From positions 1 to 20,453 of the forward strand of contig JAQGDQ010001933.1 in the NCBI GenBank assembly GCA_030141605.1: a DNA stretch of 20,453 nt. The letters are read 5' to 3'. Within the stretch, counting starts at the first letter, position 1. Each line of letters starts with the position of its first letter. Both the position numbers and the translations under genes were made by a program. The notes beneath the pieces are model-generated. The model made no database searches and was not told where the DNA came from. It saw only the letters and a program-made list of their open reading frames with translations. This DNA comes from Tubiluchus corallicola (Eukaryota; Animalia; Priapulida). Shown here piece after piece: positions 1-11,049 of this stretch.

Positions 1-240
1 ACCTACGTCAAGGGAGCAGAGATGTACGATTTCGTCAAAAAACATCTCCCCAAAAATCGCGTGGTCATACGCGTAGAAGATCTGGAAAGCGAGCACCCGC
101 CGCCCGCCATACGTTGGCAGAGCACCGGGCGAGGCAGAGCGATTCGGGCGTCCGAAACGATTGCCAACTACGTTCTAACGTGTCAGTCCAAACGGTCAAC
201 ATCGTCGCCACGGCTTCGTTCTCGCAGCGCTTCGATCTGA
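1..240 (+). CDS. 3' part of an uncharacterised element-borne ORF (5'-truncated by window)
   Basis: Frame 1 is open from base 1 to TGA at 238-240: TYVKGAEMYDFVKKHLPKNRVVIRVEDLESEHPPP... The YVKGxE...LE pattern recalls small accessory ORFs of invertebrate Polintons (from memory, unverified). Confidence 0.45.
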   Translation, partial: TYVKGAEMYDFVKKHLPKNRVVIRVEDLESEHPPPAIRWQSTGRGRAIRASETIANYVLTCQSKRSTSSPRLRSRSASI

Positions 241-770
241 ACGAACTCCGGCGGAGAACGGGCGGAAGACGCTACGAAAGAAAACCGCAAATGGTTCTGC
301 TAAAGCGACTGGGCGGGACGCTGATGATTTTTGCCTCCGGCTCCGTGGTGGCCAACGGTTTTTCGGAGGAAAAAGTACTACGCAATGCGATCGAAGAACT
401 CTCGAAAGGTCTCGGACTGACGCCCGCCGACGGGATCGCAATTCGCACCATCACCGCCAGAGCCAAAATTCGCTGCAGATTGAAACTGGGTGCACTGTAC
501 GAAGAACTCGTTCGTCCTTCGACGCATTCTTTTAGAGAAGTGTTTTACGAAGTGGAACTATTTCCCAAACTAACTTGCAAATGCGAGCAAATTACTCTGA
601 ACATTTTTCACACCGGAAGCATAATAATGATGGGCGGGACAAAGGTCGAGGATTTCTCTCGCGTTTTCCGCAAATTTAACGAATTCGTTTTTAACATCAA
701 TAACGTTTGTCTGTATCACATCGACGACGACGACGACAATCCATGTACTCGCTCGTCGTCATTAGTGTAG
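114..770 (+). CDS. Divergent TATA-box-binding protein (TBP)-like protein, two-repeat core, intronless over the core
   Basis: Both TBP repeats are recognisable: VNIVATAS..FDL..YE..LMIFASGSVVANG and ITARA..L.L..YEVELFPKL..LNIFHTGSIIMMGGTK. Too divergent to be the host TBP orthologue. The frame is open from base 3 with no in-frame ATG before the core, so the true start is uncertain. Confidence 0.85.
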   Translation: MAEHRARQSDSGVRNDCQLRSNVSVQTVNIVATASFSQRFDLNELRRRTGGRRYERKPQMVLLKRLGGTLMIFASGSVVANGFSEEKVLRNAIEELSKGLGLTPADGIAIRTITARAKIRCRLKLGALYEELVRPSTHSFREVFYEVELFPKLTCKCEQITLNIFHTGSIIMMGGTKVEDFSRVFRKFNEFVFNINNVCLYHIDDDDDNPCTRSSSLV

Positions 771-906
771 TTTTATTGTAATTTGTATAATTTGTGTAAT
801 TTGCGAAAAAAAACGTAAAATGTAGAACTATCATGTCACCATAATAATAATAATAATCTAGTTTTAGCACGTATGTATTTTGCATAAAAAATGTAAAAAA
901 ATTTTT

Positions 907-1054
907 TGTAATCCATCAATAAAAAAAGATTTGTGAAAATGCATTTATCGAACTTTGGCGTTTGAAATAAATCTCCACACCTGTAATCCATCAATAAAAA
1001 AGATTTGTGAAAATGCATTTATCGAACTTTGGCATTTGAAATAAATCTCCACAC
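907..1054 (+). repeat. Two-copy ~74-bp direct repeat carrying AATAAA motifs downstream of the TBP-like ORF
   Basis: 907-980 and 982-1054 are near-identical (tgtaatccatcaataaa...gaaataaatctccacac), each with two AATAAA hexamers; plausible polyadenylation region. Confidence 0.85.
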
Positions 1055-1373
1055 GCACACACACACACACACACATCTAAACCCGCGAGAGAAGTGGTCG
1101 CGGAAAAGGGAGGGCACCCGAGACAGAAGTGGTCGCGGAAAAGGGCCGGCACTGCGCGAGTGGCGGGAAAAAGATTTCCCTCATTGCCTGCAGTGGACGA
1201 TTCCACGCGACGGAGGGGTGGGTTGCAGGGGGGGTCCCCGACCCCCGGGACGGACGTTTGCATGCGGCGGAGGGGTGGCAGGGGCTCCCCAATTAGCGCC
1301 AATTAGCACTAATTAGTCCTCGGCGGGAACTCCACTTCTCCCTTTTTCTTCGTTTGAGGCGCTTTTTACCTCG

Positions 1374-1466
1374 TTTCACACACTTTCACACGCTTTCGCG
1401 CGCTTTCACGCGCTTTCACGCGCTTTCGCACACTTTCGCGCGCTTTCGAGCGGTTTCGCGCGGTTT
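1374..1466 (+). repeat. 10-bp-period subterminal tandem repeat (TTTCRCRCGC-like, ~9 units)
   Basis: tttcacacac/tttcacacgc/tttcgcgcgc/tttcacgcgc... directly visible. Confidence 0.85.
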
Positions 1467-1505
1467 AAAATGGGGCGTCAAAAAAAGAAGCCATCCAGGG
1501 GCCAG

Positions 1506-1547
1506 GGGTCAATGAACTTTGGTCACGTGACCTAGAGTTCAAGGTCA
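1506..1547. promoter_or_regulatory. Cluster of nuclear-receptor-type half-sites around a palindromic E-box
   Basis: GGGTCA-A-TGAACT (1506-1518), GGTCACGTGACC (1521-1532), AGTTCA-AGGTCA (1536-1547). The motifs are seen directly; function is inferred. Confidence 0.35.
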
Positions 1548-1934
1548 TTCGATCCAAATGAAGCCATGCGGGAGGGAAAAAATGGAAAATTTTTACCTCG
1601 TTTCACACGCCTTTTCTTCGTTTTTCTTTGTTTTTCGCGCTTTTTCGTCGATTTCGGTCACGTGCGCACTTTCACACGGGTTTTCACACTTTTTTAGGGG
1701 TTTTCCCGGATTTTCGCACTTTTTTAGGGGTGTTTTTCCCCACCCCCCCGGGGAAATCCCCACCCCCCCCGGGAAATCGGCCAGAGGTGTAACATCTATC
1801 CTACTAATGCTCAATGCATAACTTGCATAACTTGCATAATCGTGTTTTGATGAAATAATAGAAATTTGATATGCAAAATGAATCTTTTGCAATAGATTGA
1901 AATTATAAAATTATAGTTTTTGACTGAATTTGCC

Positions 1935-2268
<334 letters not shown>

Positions 2269-2436
2269 AATGTTTGATTGTTTTATAGTTCCTGGTGAAA
2301 CTCTCAGCAGGGTTAAACACGTGTGAGACGATAATAAAGATGTTTGTTAAATGTGACTGCTGGTCTAGTTGAGCATTATGCATTAGTTGACCCTGATACC
2401 AAGGATGGGTGACTATGGAAGCAAAAGCACACGTAC

Positions 2437-2556
2437 CACAGTGGTTTTCGTCACTACTGTCGCTGCAGTCGGAAACCCCATCACACCATTTTTCACGTTG
2501 TATGCAGACGTCAACGGTTAAGCACTTCCAGTACCCAAATCTACACCAAAAAATAC
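2437..2556 (-). CDS. LDLa-module exon 6 (of those visible) of a multi-LDLa protein gene
   Basis: ttcag|GT...TGTG|gtacgt, 120 nt, phase 1-1; IFWCRFGYWKCLTVDVCIQREKWCDGVSDCSDSSDENHC has 6 Cys and the DCxDxSDE motif. Confidence 0.92.
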
Positions 2557-2659
2557 CTGAAGCAATAATAAGATACTGGCAGTGATTTAGCTTAAAGCTG
2601 GGAACTATAGCTGCTTGAGATCCTCGTACAATCAAAAATATTTGCCACGAGCTAGCCAA

Positions 2660-3975
<1,316 letters not shown>

Positions 3976-4040
3976 AACGAAGCAATCAGCAATTGATAAT
4001 TACATTGTTATTGATGCTCGTATTTGTTAATAAATCTTAC

Positions 4041-4166
4041 TGCAGAACAATGGAGCTTCGTCACTCTCATCTTTACAGTCTGGATGACCATCGCAGAGCT
4101 TAACGACTGGACAGCATTGTTCCATATCAGCGCATTTCATAAAGCCGTCGTGGCAAATGTATTCTT
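4041..4166 (-). CDS. LDLa-module exon 5
   Basis: ttttgcag|AA...TGCA|gtaaga, 126 nt, phase 1-1; EYICHDGFMKCADMEQCCPVVKLCDGHPDCKDESDEAPLFC. Not in the ORF track. Confidence 0.92.
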
Positions 4167-4327
4167 CTGCAAAATGACAGCAGGAAAGTAAACTATAGGG
4201 AAAAAATCGCTTTCTGTTTAAAATTTACCGTTAAATTTATACTTGTCGCTGTGATTCCTATTGGCAAATGTAAGGAATAATAAAAAACTGTGTATTCATG
4301 CTATTCTGTTGCTCTTGTATACCACCT

Positions 4328-7305
4328 AGATGGTGGTCTACAGTATCTAGGTTTTATACAAGATTTCATTTCTTAAACAGTGTGAGATGGTGGTCTGCAG
4401 TATCCAGGTGGTCTACAAGATTTCATGCCTTAAACAGTGTGAGATGGTGGTCTACAGTATCTAGGTGGTCTACAAGATTTCATTTCTTAAACAGTGTGAG
4501 ATAGTGGTCTACAGTATCTGGGTGGTCTACAAGATTTCATTTCTTAAACAGTGTGAGATAGTGGTCTACAGTATCCAGGTGGTCTACAAGATTTCATTTC
4601 TTAAACAGTGTGAGATGGTGGTCTACAGTATCCAGGTGGTCTACAAGATTTCATCTCATAAACAGTGTGAGATGGTGGTCTACAGTATCTAGGTGGTCTA
4701 CAAGATTTCATTTCTTAAACAGTGTGAGATAGTGGTCTACAGTATCTAGGTGGTCTACAAGATTTCATTTCTTAAACAATGTGAGATGGTGGTCTACAGT
4801 ATCTTGGTGGTCTACAAGATTTCATTTCCTAAACAGTGCGAGATGGTGGTCTACAGTATCTAGGTGGTCTACAAGATTTCATTTCTTAAACAGTGTGAGA
4901 TAGTGGTCTACAGTATCTAGGTGGTCTACAAGATTTCATTTCCTAAACAGTGTGAGATGGTGGTCTACAGTATCCAGGTGGTCTACAAGATTTCATTTCT
5001 TAAACAGTGTGAGATGGTGGTCTACAGTATCTAGGTGTTATACAAGATTTCATTTCATAAACAGTTTGAGATGGTGGTCTACAGTATCTAGGTGGTCTAC
5101 AAGATTTCATTTCCTAAACAGTGTGAGATGGTGGTCTACAGTATCTAGGTAGTCTACAAGATTTCATTTCCTAAACAGTGTGAGATGGTGGTCTACAGTA
5201 TCTAGGTGGTCTACAAGATTTCATTTCTTAAACAGTGTGAGATAGTGGTCTACAGTATCTAGGTGTTATACAAGATTTCATTTCATAAACAGTGTGAGAT
5301 GGTGGTCTACCGTATCTAGGTGGTCTACAAGATTTCATTTCTTAAACAGTGTGAGATGGTGGTCTACCGTATCTAGGTGGTCTACAAGATTTCATTTCTT
5401 AAACAGTGTGAGATAGTGGTCTACAGTATCCAGGTGGTCTACAAGATTTCATTTCTTAAACAGTGTGAGATAGTGGTCTACAGTATCCAGGTGGTCTACA
5501 AGATTTTATTTCTTAAACAGTGTGAGATGGTGGTCTACAGTATCTAGGTGGTCTACAAGATTTCATTTCTTAAACAGTGTGAGATGGTGGTCTACAGTAT
5601 CTAGGTGGTCTACAAGATTTCATGTCCTAAACAGTGTGAGATGGTGGTCTACAGTATCTAGGTGGTCTACAAGATTTCATTTCTTAAACAGTGTGAGATG
5701 GTCGTCTACAGTATCCAGGTGGTCTACAAGATTTCATTTCCTAAACAGTGTGAGATGGTGGTCTACAGTATCTAGGTGGTCTACAAGATTTCATTTCTTA
5801 AACAGTGTGAGATGGTGGTCTACAGTATCTAGGTGGTCTACAAGATTTCATTTCCTAAACAGTGTGAGATGGTGGTCTACAGTATCTAGGTGGTCTACAA
5901 GATTTCATTTCTTAAACAGTGTGAGATGGTGGTCTACAGTATCTAGGTGGTCTACAAGATTTCATGTCCTAAACAGTGTGAGATGGTGGTCTACAGTATC
6001 TAGGTGGTCTACAAGATTTCATTTCCTAAACAGTGTGAGATGGTGGTCTACAGTATCTAGGTGGTCTACAAGATTTCATTTCATAAACAGTTTGAGATGG
6101 TGGTCTACAGTATCTAGGTGTTATACAAGATTTCATTTCATAAACAGTGTGAGATGGTGGTCTACAGTATCTAGGTTTTATACAAGATTTCATTTCTTAA
6201 ACAGTGTGAGATAGTGGTCTACAGTATCTAGGTGGTCTACAAGATTTCATTTCCTAAACAGTGTGAGATGGTGGTCTACAGTATCTAGGTGGTATACAAG
6301 ATTTCATTTCTTAAACAGTTTGAGATGGTGGTCTACAGTATCCAGGTGGTCTACAAGATTTCATTTCTTAAACAGTGTGAGATAGTGGTCTACAGTATCC
6401 AGGTGGTCTACAAGATTTCATTTCTTAAACAGTGTGAGATAGTGGTCTACAGTATCCAGGTGGTCTACAAGATTTCATTTCTTAAACAATGTGAGATAGT
6501 GGTCTACAGTATCCAGGTGGTATAGACAATTTCATTTCTTAAACAGTGTGAGATAGTGGTCTACAGTATCCAGGTGGTATACAAAATTTCATTTCTTAAA
6601 CAGTGTGAGATAGTGGTCTACAGTATGTAGGTGGTCTACAAGATTTCATTTCCTAAACAGTGTGAGATGGTGGTCTACAGTATCTAGGTGGTCTACAAGA
6701 TTTCATTTCTTAAACAGTGTGAGATAGTGGTCTACAGTATCTAGGTGTTATACAAGATTTCATTTCATAAACGGTGTGAGATGGTGGTCTACAGTATCCA
6801 GGTGGTCTACAAGATTTCATTTCTTAAACAGTGTGAGATAGTGGTCTACAGTATCTAGGTGGTCTACAAGATTTCATTTCATAAACAGTTTGAGATGGTG
6901 GTCTACAGTATCCAGGTGGTATACAAAATTTCATTTCATAAACAGTTTGAGATGGTGGTCTACAGTATCTAGGTGGTCCACAAGATTTCATTTCTTAAAC
7001 AGTGTGAGATGGTGGTCTACAGTATCTAGGTGTTATACAAGATTTCATTTCATAAACGGTGTGAGATGGTGGTCTACAGTATCTAGGTGGTCTACAAGAT
7101 TTCATTTCTTAAACAGTATGAGATGGTGGTCTACAGTATCTAGGTGGTCTACAAGATTTCATTTCATAAACAGTTTGAGATGGTGGTCTACAGTATCCAG
7201 GTGGTCTACAAGATTTCATTTCTTAAACAGTGTGAGATGGTGGTCTACAGTATCTAGGTGGTCTACAAGATTTCATTTCTTAAACAATGTGAGATGGTGG
7301 TCTGC
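4328..7305. repeat. 57-bp intronic minisatellite, ~52 highly similar copies
   Basis: Unit agatggtggtctacagtatctaggtggtctacaagatttcatttcttaaacagtgtg, with an internal duplication of ggtggtctaca; head-to-tail with no unique spacers. Confidence 0.97.
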
Positions 7306-7390
7306 ATCTGTCTAGTGTTCGCTCCCAGTAGAAGAGGACATATATCAGTTGTAAAACTGTCTGTTTCAGACATAGTCACATGTCACATCT

Positions 7391-7727
7391 TGTTGTGGAG
7401 ATCCACTAGTATTAAATAGAATATCGTAGAATGTTCCATAGTACAGTAGTAGTAGAACAATCTTCTTACCTTATAGAAGTTTCTAGAACTTTCTATTTCT
7501 AGATTGTTCCCTTTCACTGATATACAAGGCGAAGCCGGCCGCTGAAGTTTCTTCTCTCACATTCGCTTGTATCCTCATCTTCTCAGATTCTCAGATACGC
7601 TTTCACGTTGCCATATTATCATATTTACTGTAAACATTTCACGTTCCTTCATACTTTTGTGTTGTAGAATTCTCGCATAATTATATATATTGGTAGGCCG
7701 TCGTCAAACGACGGATCCGGCCCCACA
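7391..7727 (+). mobile_element. Possible solo LTR or other TE remnant
   Basis: Begins TGTTGTGG and ends CCCCACA (TGTGG...CCACA inverted ends); has internal tctagaactttcta-type motifs, a TATA-like tatacaag and a 7-bp-stem hairpin ccgtcgt-caa-acgacgg near the end. No target-site duplication found. Confidence 0.3.
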
Positions 7728-8177
7728 GACAGACACAAAATACAGACAAAATACAGAGAGATATTACAGTAGGAAATAAAATAAATGAGTCATGAAAGTC
7801 CGTCCAGTCACTGCACATTATTCTTACGCCGACGCCTCTTTTCTTTGAGATCTTCTATTCGTAGATGCTCAAAGTTGATCACTGCTCTCTTACAGAGCGC
7901 TCTCCACTGCGTTCTGTCACTCGCCAGGGTCTCGAAGTTTTCTGGTTGGATGTTGCATTGATTCAGGGTATCCTTCAGCTGGTCTTTGTAACGCTTAAAG
8001 GGCCTACCGACCCTCCTTGCCCCTACTGCCAACTCACCAAACAGGAGAGTCCGAGGAATACGGTCCTCACCCATCCGGGAAACATGACCAGACCAGCGGA
8101 GCCGTGCCGCAAATATGTGGGATTCAATGCCCCAGGCATTACAGCGACCCAAGACTTCCGTGTTAGGCACTCTGTCT
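7728..8177 (-). mobile_element. 5'-truncated RTE-clade LINE fragment (C-terminus of ORF2, 3' UTR and short-repeat tail)
   Basis: DRVPNTEVL...RLRWSGHVSRMGEDRIPRTLLFGEL..G.R.VGRPFKRYKDQLK...E.LA.DR..WR is the characteristic post-RT region of RTE/BovB-like elements; stop at 7808; tail of (tgtattttgtc)-like repeats at ~7728-7760. Confidence 0.88.
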
Positions 8178-8295
8178 AATTCGACGAAGTGTTTTCTGGT
8201 TTTCTCTACGAGCCTTCCGAGAGAAACAAAACACAAAAACATGTCTTCCTTTAACAATTTTCTTAGTTTACGACGCTTTTATGAAATCTACGTAC

Positions 8296-8421
8296 CGCAG
8301 AAAGCTTCATCCGTGCTGTCCTCACAGTCACCTAGATGACCATCGCATCGTTTTGTGTCCGCGACGCATTGATCACCGGTCACCATGCATTTGAAGTATC
8401 CGCTTGGACAGGTAAAATTAC
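8296..8421 (-). CDS. LDLa-module exon 4
   Basis: ttttcag|GT...TGCG|gtacgt, 126 nt, phase 1-1; NFTCPSGYFKCMVTGDQCVADTKRCDGHLGDCEDSTDEAFC. Not in the ORF track. Confidence 0.92.
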
Positions 8422-8804
8422 CTGAAAATTACCTTGTGTTTGTGATTAGCGCAGTTTTAATGCTTGTGAGACTCCCTCTTACAAAATGGTTTCCCTAATT
8501 CACAGCAATTTCACTTTTGCACAAAATCGTGCCAATAGCTTACGTCTGTAAAAATTTTTAATATTAGCAATTAATATCCATATAAAAAATAATATAACAA
8601 TGGCAAGATTGGGTTGCTGTGCGTACAAGACAGGATCTGGTTGTTTTGACAGCTTCCCTTTCCCTGTTCTACAAGACATTAACATTAACATTTTCAGTAT
8701 CCTTGAATTCCAGGTTCGAATGCTGATTTGAACAAAGTTTTTCCACTCAGCAAAGTGGTTTGTTTCTACCTTCTTACTAATGTTTAGCCAATTGTTTTGA
8801 TTTA

Positions 8805-8960
8805 GACCAGTCTAGTATAGTCTAGTGGTAACTCGTCCACTTTTGGTTTGGGAGGTCGTGAGTTCGATACTGCGGTCGGGTAACACCAAAGAGTTTAAAA
8901 ATGAGTACTTGTTGTTATCCTGCCTGGCGCGTGGTATTCAGGGTAAAAGCGGGGTAATAA
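8805..8960 (+). mobile_element. Degenerate tRNA-derived SINE (MetaSINE-like central domain)
   Basis: Pol III A-box-like tagtctagtgg (8818-8828) and B-box-like gttcgatac (8862-8870), followed by accaaagagtttaaaaatgagtac...cctgcctggcgc, which resembles the conserved MetaSINE core as I recall it. Confidence 0.6.
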
Positions 8961-9057
8961 GAGTCCCTGTTATGTAATCATGAAATTCTTATACACGGTC
9001 GGTAAAGTTCATGAGTTTATGTTTAATTGTTCATTCAAAAGCCGACTTTAAGTAAAG

Positions 9058-9174
9058 GTTGTTGCTGTTGTTGTTGTTGTTATTGTTGTTGTTGTTGCTG
9101 TTATTGTTGTTGTTGTTGCTGTTATTGTTGTTGTTGTTGCTGTTGTTGTTGCTGTTGTTGTTGTTGTTGCTGTT

Positions 9175-9205
<31 letters not shown>

Positions 9206-9477
9206 CTGTTATTGTTGTTGTTGTTGTTGTTGCTGTTATTGTTGTTGTTGTTGCTGTTATTGTTGTTGTTGTTGCTGTTATTGTTGTTGTTGTTGCTGTT
9301 GCTGTTATTGTTGTTGTTGTTGTTATTGTTGTTGTTGCTGCTGCTGCTGTTATTGTTGTTGTTGTTGCTGTTATTGTTATTGTTGTTGTTGCTGTTGCTG
9401 TTATCGTTGTTGTTGTTGTTGCTATTGTTATTGTTATTGTTGTTGTTGTTGTTGCTGCTGCTGCTGCTGCTGTTGTT

Positions 9478-9539
<62 letters not shown>

Positions 9540-9546
9540 TGTTGCT

Positions 9547-9578
<32 letters not shown>

Positions 9579-9631
9579 TGTTGCTGTTGCTGTTGTTGTT
9601 GCTGTTGTTGTTATTATTATTGTTGTTGTTA
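9058..9631. repeat. (GTT/GCT/ATT)n microsatellite
   Basis: About 570 bp of triplet repeat; poly-C/L/T ORFs are artefacts. Confidence 0.97.
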
Positions 9632-9683
9632 TCAAATTCTAGCTTGTAAAAGATGCGACGTTGCTAAATTTCGATGATCTTAC

Positions 9684-9803
9684 CACAGCCATTCTCGTCA
9701 GAACTGTCGCTGCAGTCATGGTTTCTATCGCAGCGTTGTGTTGATTTGTAGCACTGCGTCTGATCCTCACACTTTTCATACCCCGACAAACAGGTGTAGT
9801 TGC
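9684..9803 (-). CDS. LDLa-module exon 3
   Basis: ttctacttaaag|GC...TGTG|gtaaga, 120 nt, phase 1-1; NYTCLSGYEKCEDQTQCYKSTQRCDRNHDCSDSSDENGC. Not in the ORF track. Confidence 0.92.
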
Positions 9804-10505
9804 CTTTAAGTAGAAATTAACAAATACATTGCTACGCCTTTAAATATAAATTAACAAATAAATTGCTACGCCTTTAAATATAAATTGACAAACAAATTGC
9901 CATGCCTTTAAATATAAGTTATCAAATAAATTGTTATGCCTTTAAATATAAATTAACAAACAAATTGCCATGCCTTTAAATATAAATTGAAAAAATAAAT
10001 TGTTATGCCTTTAAATATAAATTAACAAACAAATTGCCATGAATTTAAATATAAATTGAAAAATACATTGCTATGTTTTAAATATAAATTGGCAAATAAA
10101 TTGCTATGCCTTTAAATATAAATTAACAAACAAATTGCCATGCCTTTAAATATAAATTAACAAACAAATTGCCATGCCTTTAAATATAAATTAACAAACA
10201 AATTGCCATGCCTTTAAATATAAATTAACAAACAAATTGCCATGCCTTTAAATATAAATTAACAAACAAATTGCCATGCCTTTAAATATAAATTAACAAA
10301 CAAATTGATATGCCTTTAAATATAAATTATCAAACTAATTGATATGCCTTTAAATATAAATTAACAAACAAATTGATATGCCTTTAAATATAAATTATCA
10401 AACTAATTGATATGCCTTTAAATATAAATTAACAAACTAATTGATATGCCTTTAAATATAAATTATCAAACAAATTGATATGCCTTTAAATATAAGTTAT
10501 CGAAT
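9802..10505. repeat. 34-bp AT-rich minisatellite, ~20 copies, abutting an exon acceptor
   Basis: Unit gcctttaaatataaattaacaaacaaattgccat (e.g. starts at 10142 and 10176). Confidence 0.95.
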
Positions 10506-10932
10506 AAATTGGGGTAAAATTGTGTTTTATTACTTAGCCTAATAACAAAATAGATATGTTAAACTGTTAAAATAGAACGTATTCCAGTAATAAGATCGAC
10601 ACAAGTTAATAATTCGGTAAAATATTTGAATTTATAACGCTATCTTCCTTTATAATGATTAGATTGTTGTTATTTTATTCCAGGAGTAAATAAAAAATGA
10701 AGTGCAGCAAAAGTAAAAGCGTAAAACTAAATACAAAAAAGTTATGGTTGGATATGGATTTGAACCAGGAACGTTTGGGATGCAAGCGCCACGTCTTGGC
10801 AGTTGGGTAATTTAATGCTGGAACAGCTAGACTACTGTATCATTAAGTTTATTCTGAATCAGCTACTTTGTTTCTGTGACATCACAAAAATTGAACAAAT
10901 CAGCGAAGAATAAACATAATTAGCCGAGTTAC

Positions 10933-11049
10933 CGCACAGCATTTCGTCACTTCCGTCTGCGCATTCCATACTTCCGTCACATCTGAACTTCTCGTCGTAA
11001 CACTTCTCCGAGTTTAAACAACTCAGATGTCCCTCCGGGCAGTCGAGAC
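10933..11049 (-). CDS. LDLa-module exon 2
   Basis: cacacag|GT...TGCG|gtaact, 117 nt, phase 1-1; LDCPEGHLSCLNSEKCYDEKFRCDGSMECADGSDEMLC. Confidence 0.92.

Larger units (their letters stand above)
1..1805. mobile_element. Right end of a Polinton/Maverick-like DNA element (or endogenous DNA virus); left part lies outside the window
   Basis: Compact, overlapping, CpG-rich ORFs unlike the AT-rich host DNA. About 700 bp of GC-rich, short-repeat-rich terminal region (1085-1805) ends in ...CATCTATCCTACT (reverse complement AGTAGG..., fitting the 5'-AG...CT-3' ends of Polintons), followed by an abrupt shift to AT-rich sequence. No polymerase, integrase or capsid gene is visible, so the class is inferred. 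Confidence 0.55.

Noticed and set aside
114-770. Host canonical TBP or TRF2 gene
   Set aside because: Canonical animal TBP cores are nearly invariant and intron-containing; this one is highly divergent and lies in element-like context, so no gene symbol is assigned.
991-1892. Several short ORFs in the GC-rich terminal region
   Set aside because: Expected by chance in GC-rich repetitive DNA; no recognisable domains.
4328-7305. CRISPR array, or a repeat protein (RWWSTVSRWSTRFHFLNSV)n
   Set aside because: Units are contiguous with no unique spacers. The 57-bp period keeps a frame open by chance and the common atag variant creates frequent stops; the array is intronic.
9027-9677. Cys-rich metallothionein/keratin-associated-like ORF
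   Set aside because: Translation of a (GTT)n microsatellite, open in several frames.
10745-10812. tRNA gene on the minus strand (B-box GGTTCAAATCC at 10756-10766)
   Set aside because: No pairing anticodon or acceptor stem; at most a decayed SINE head.
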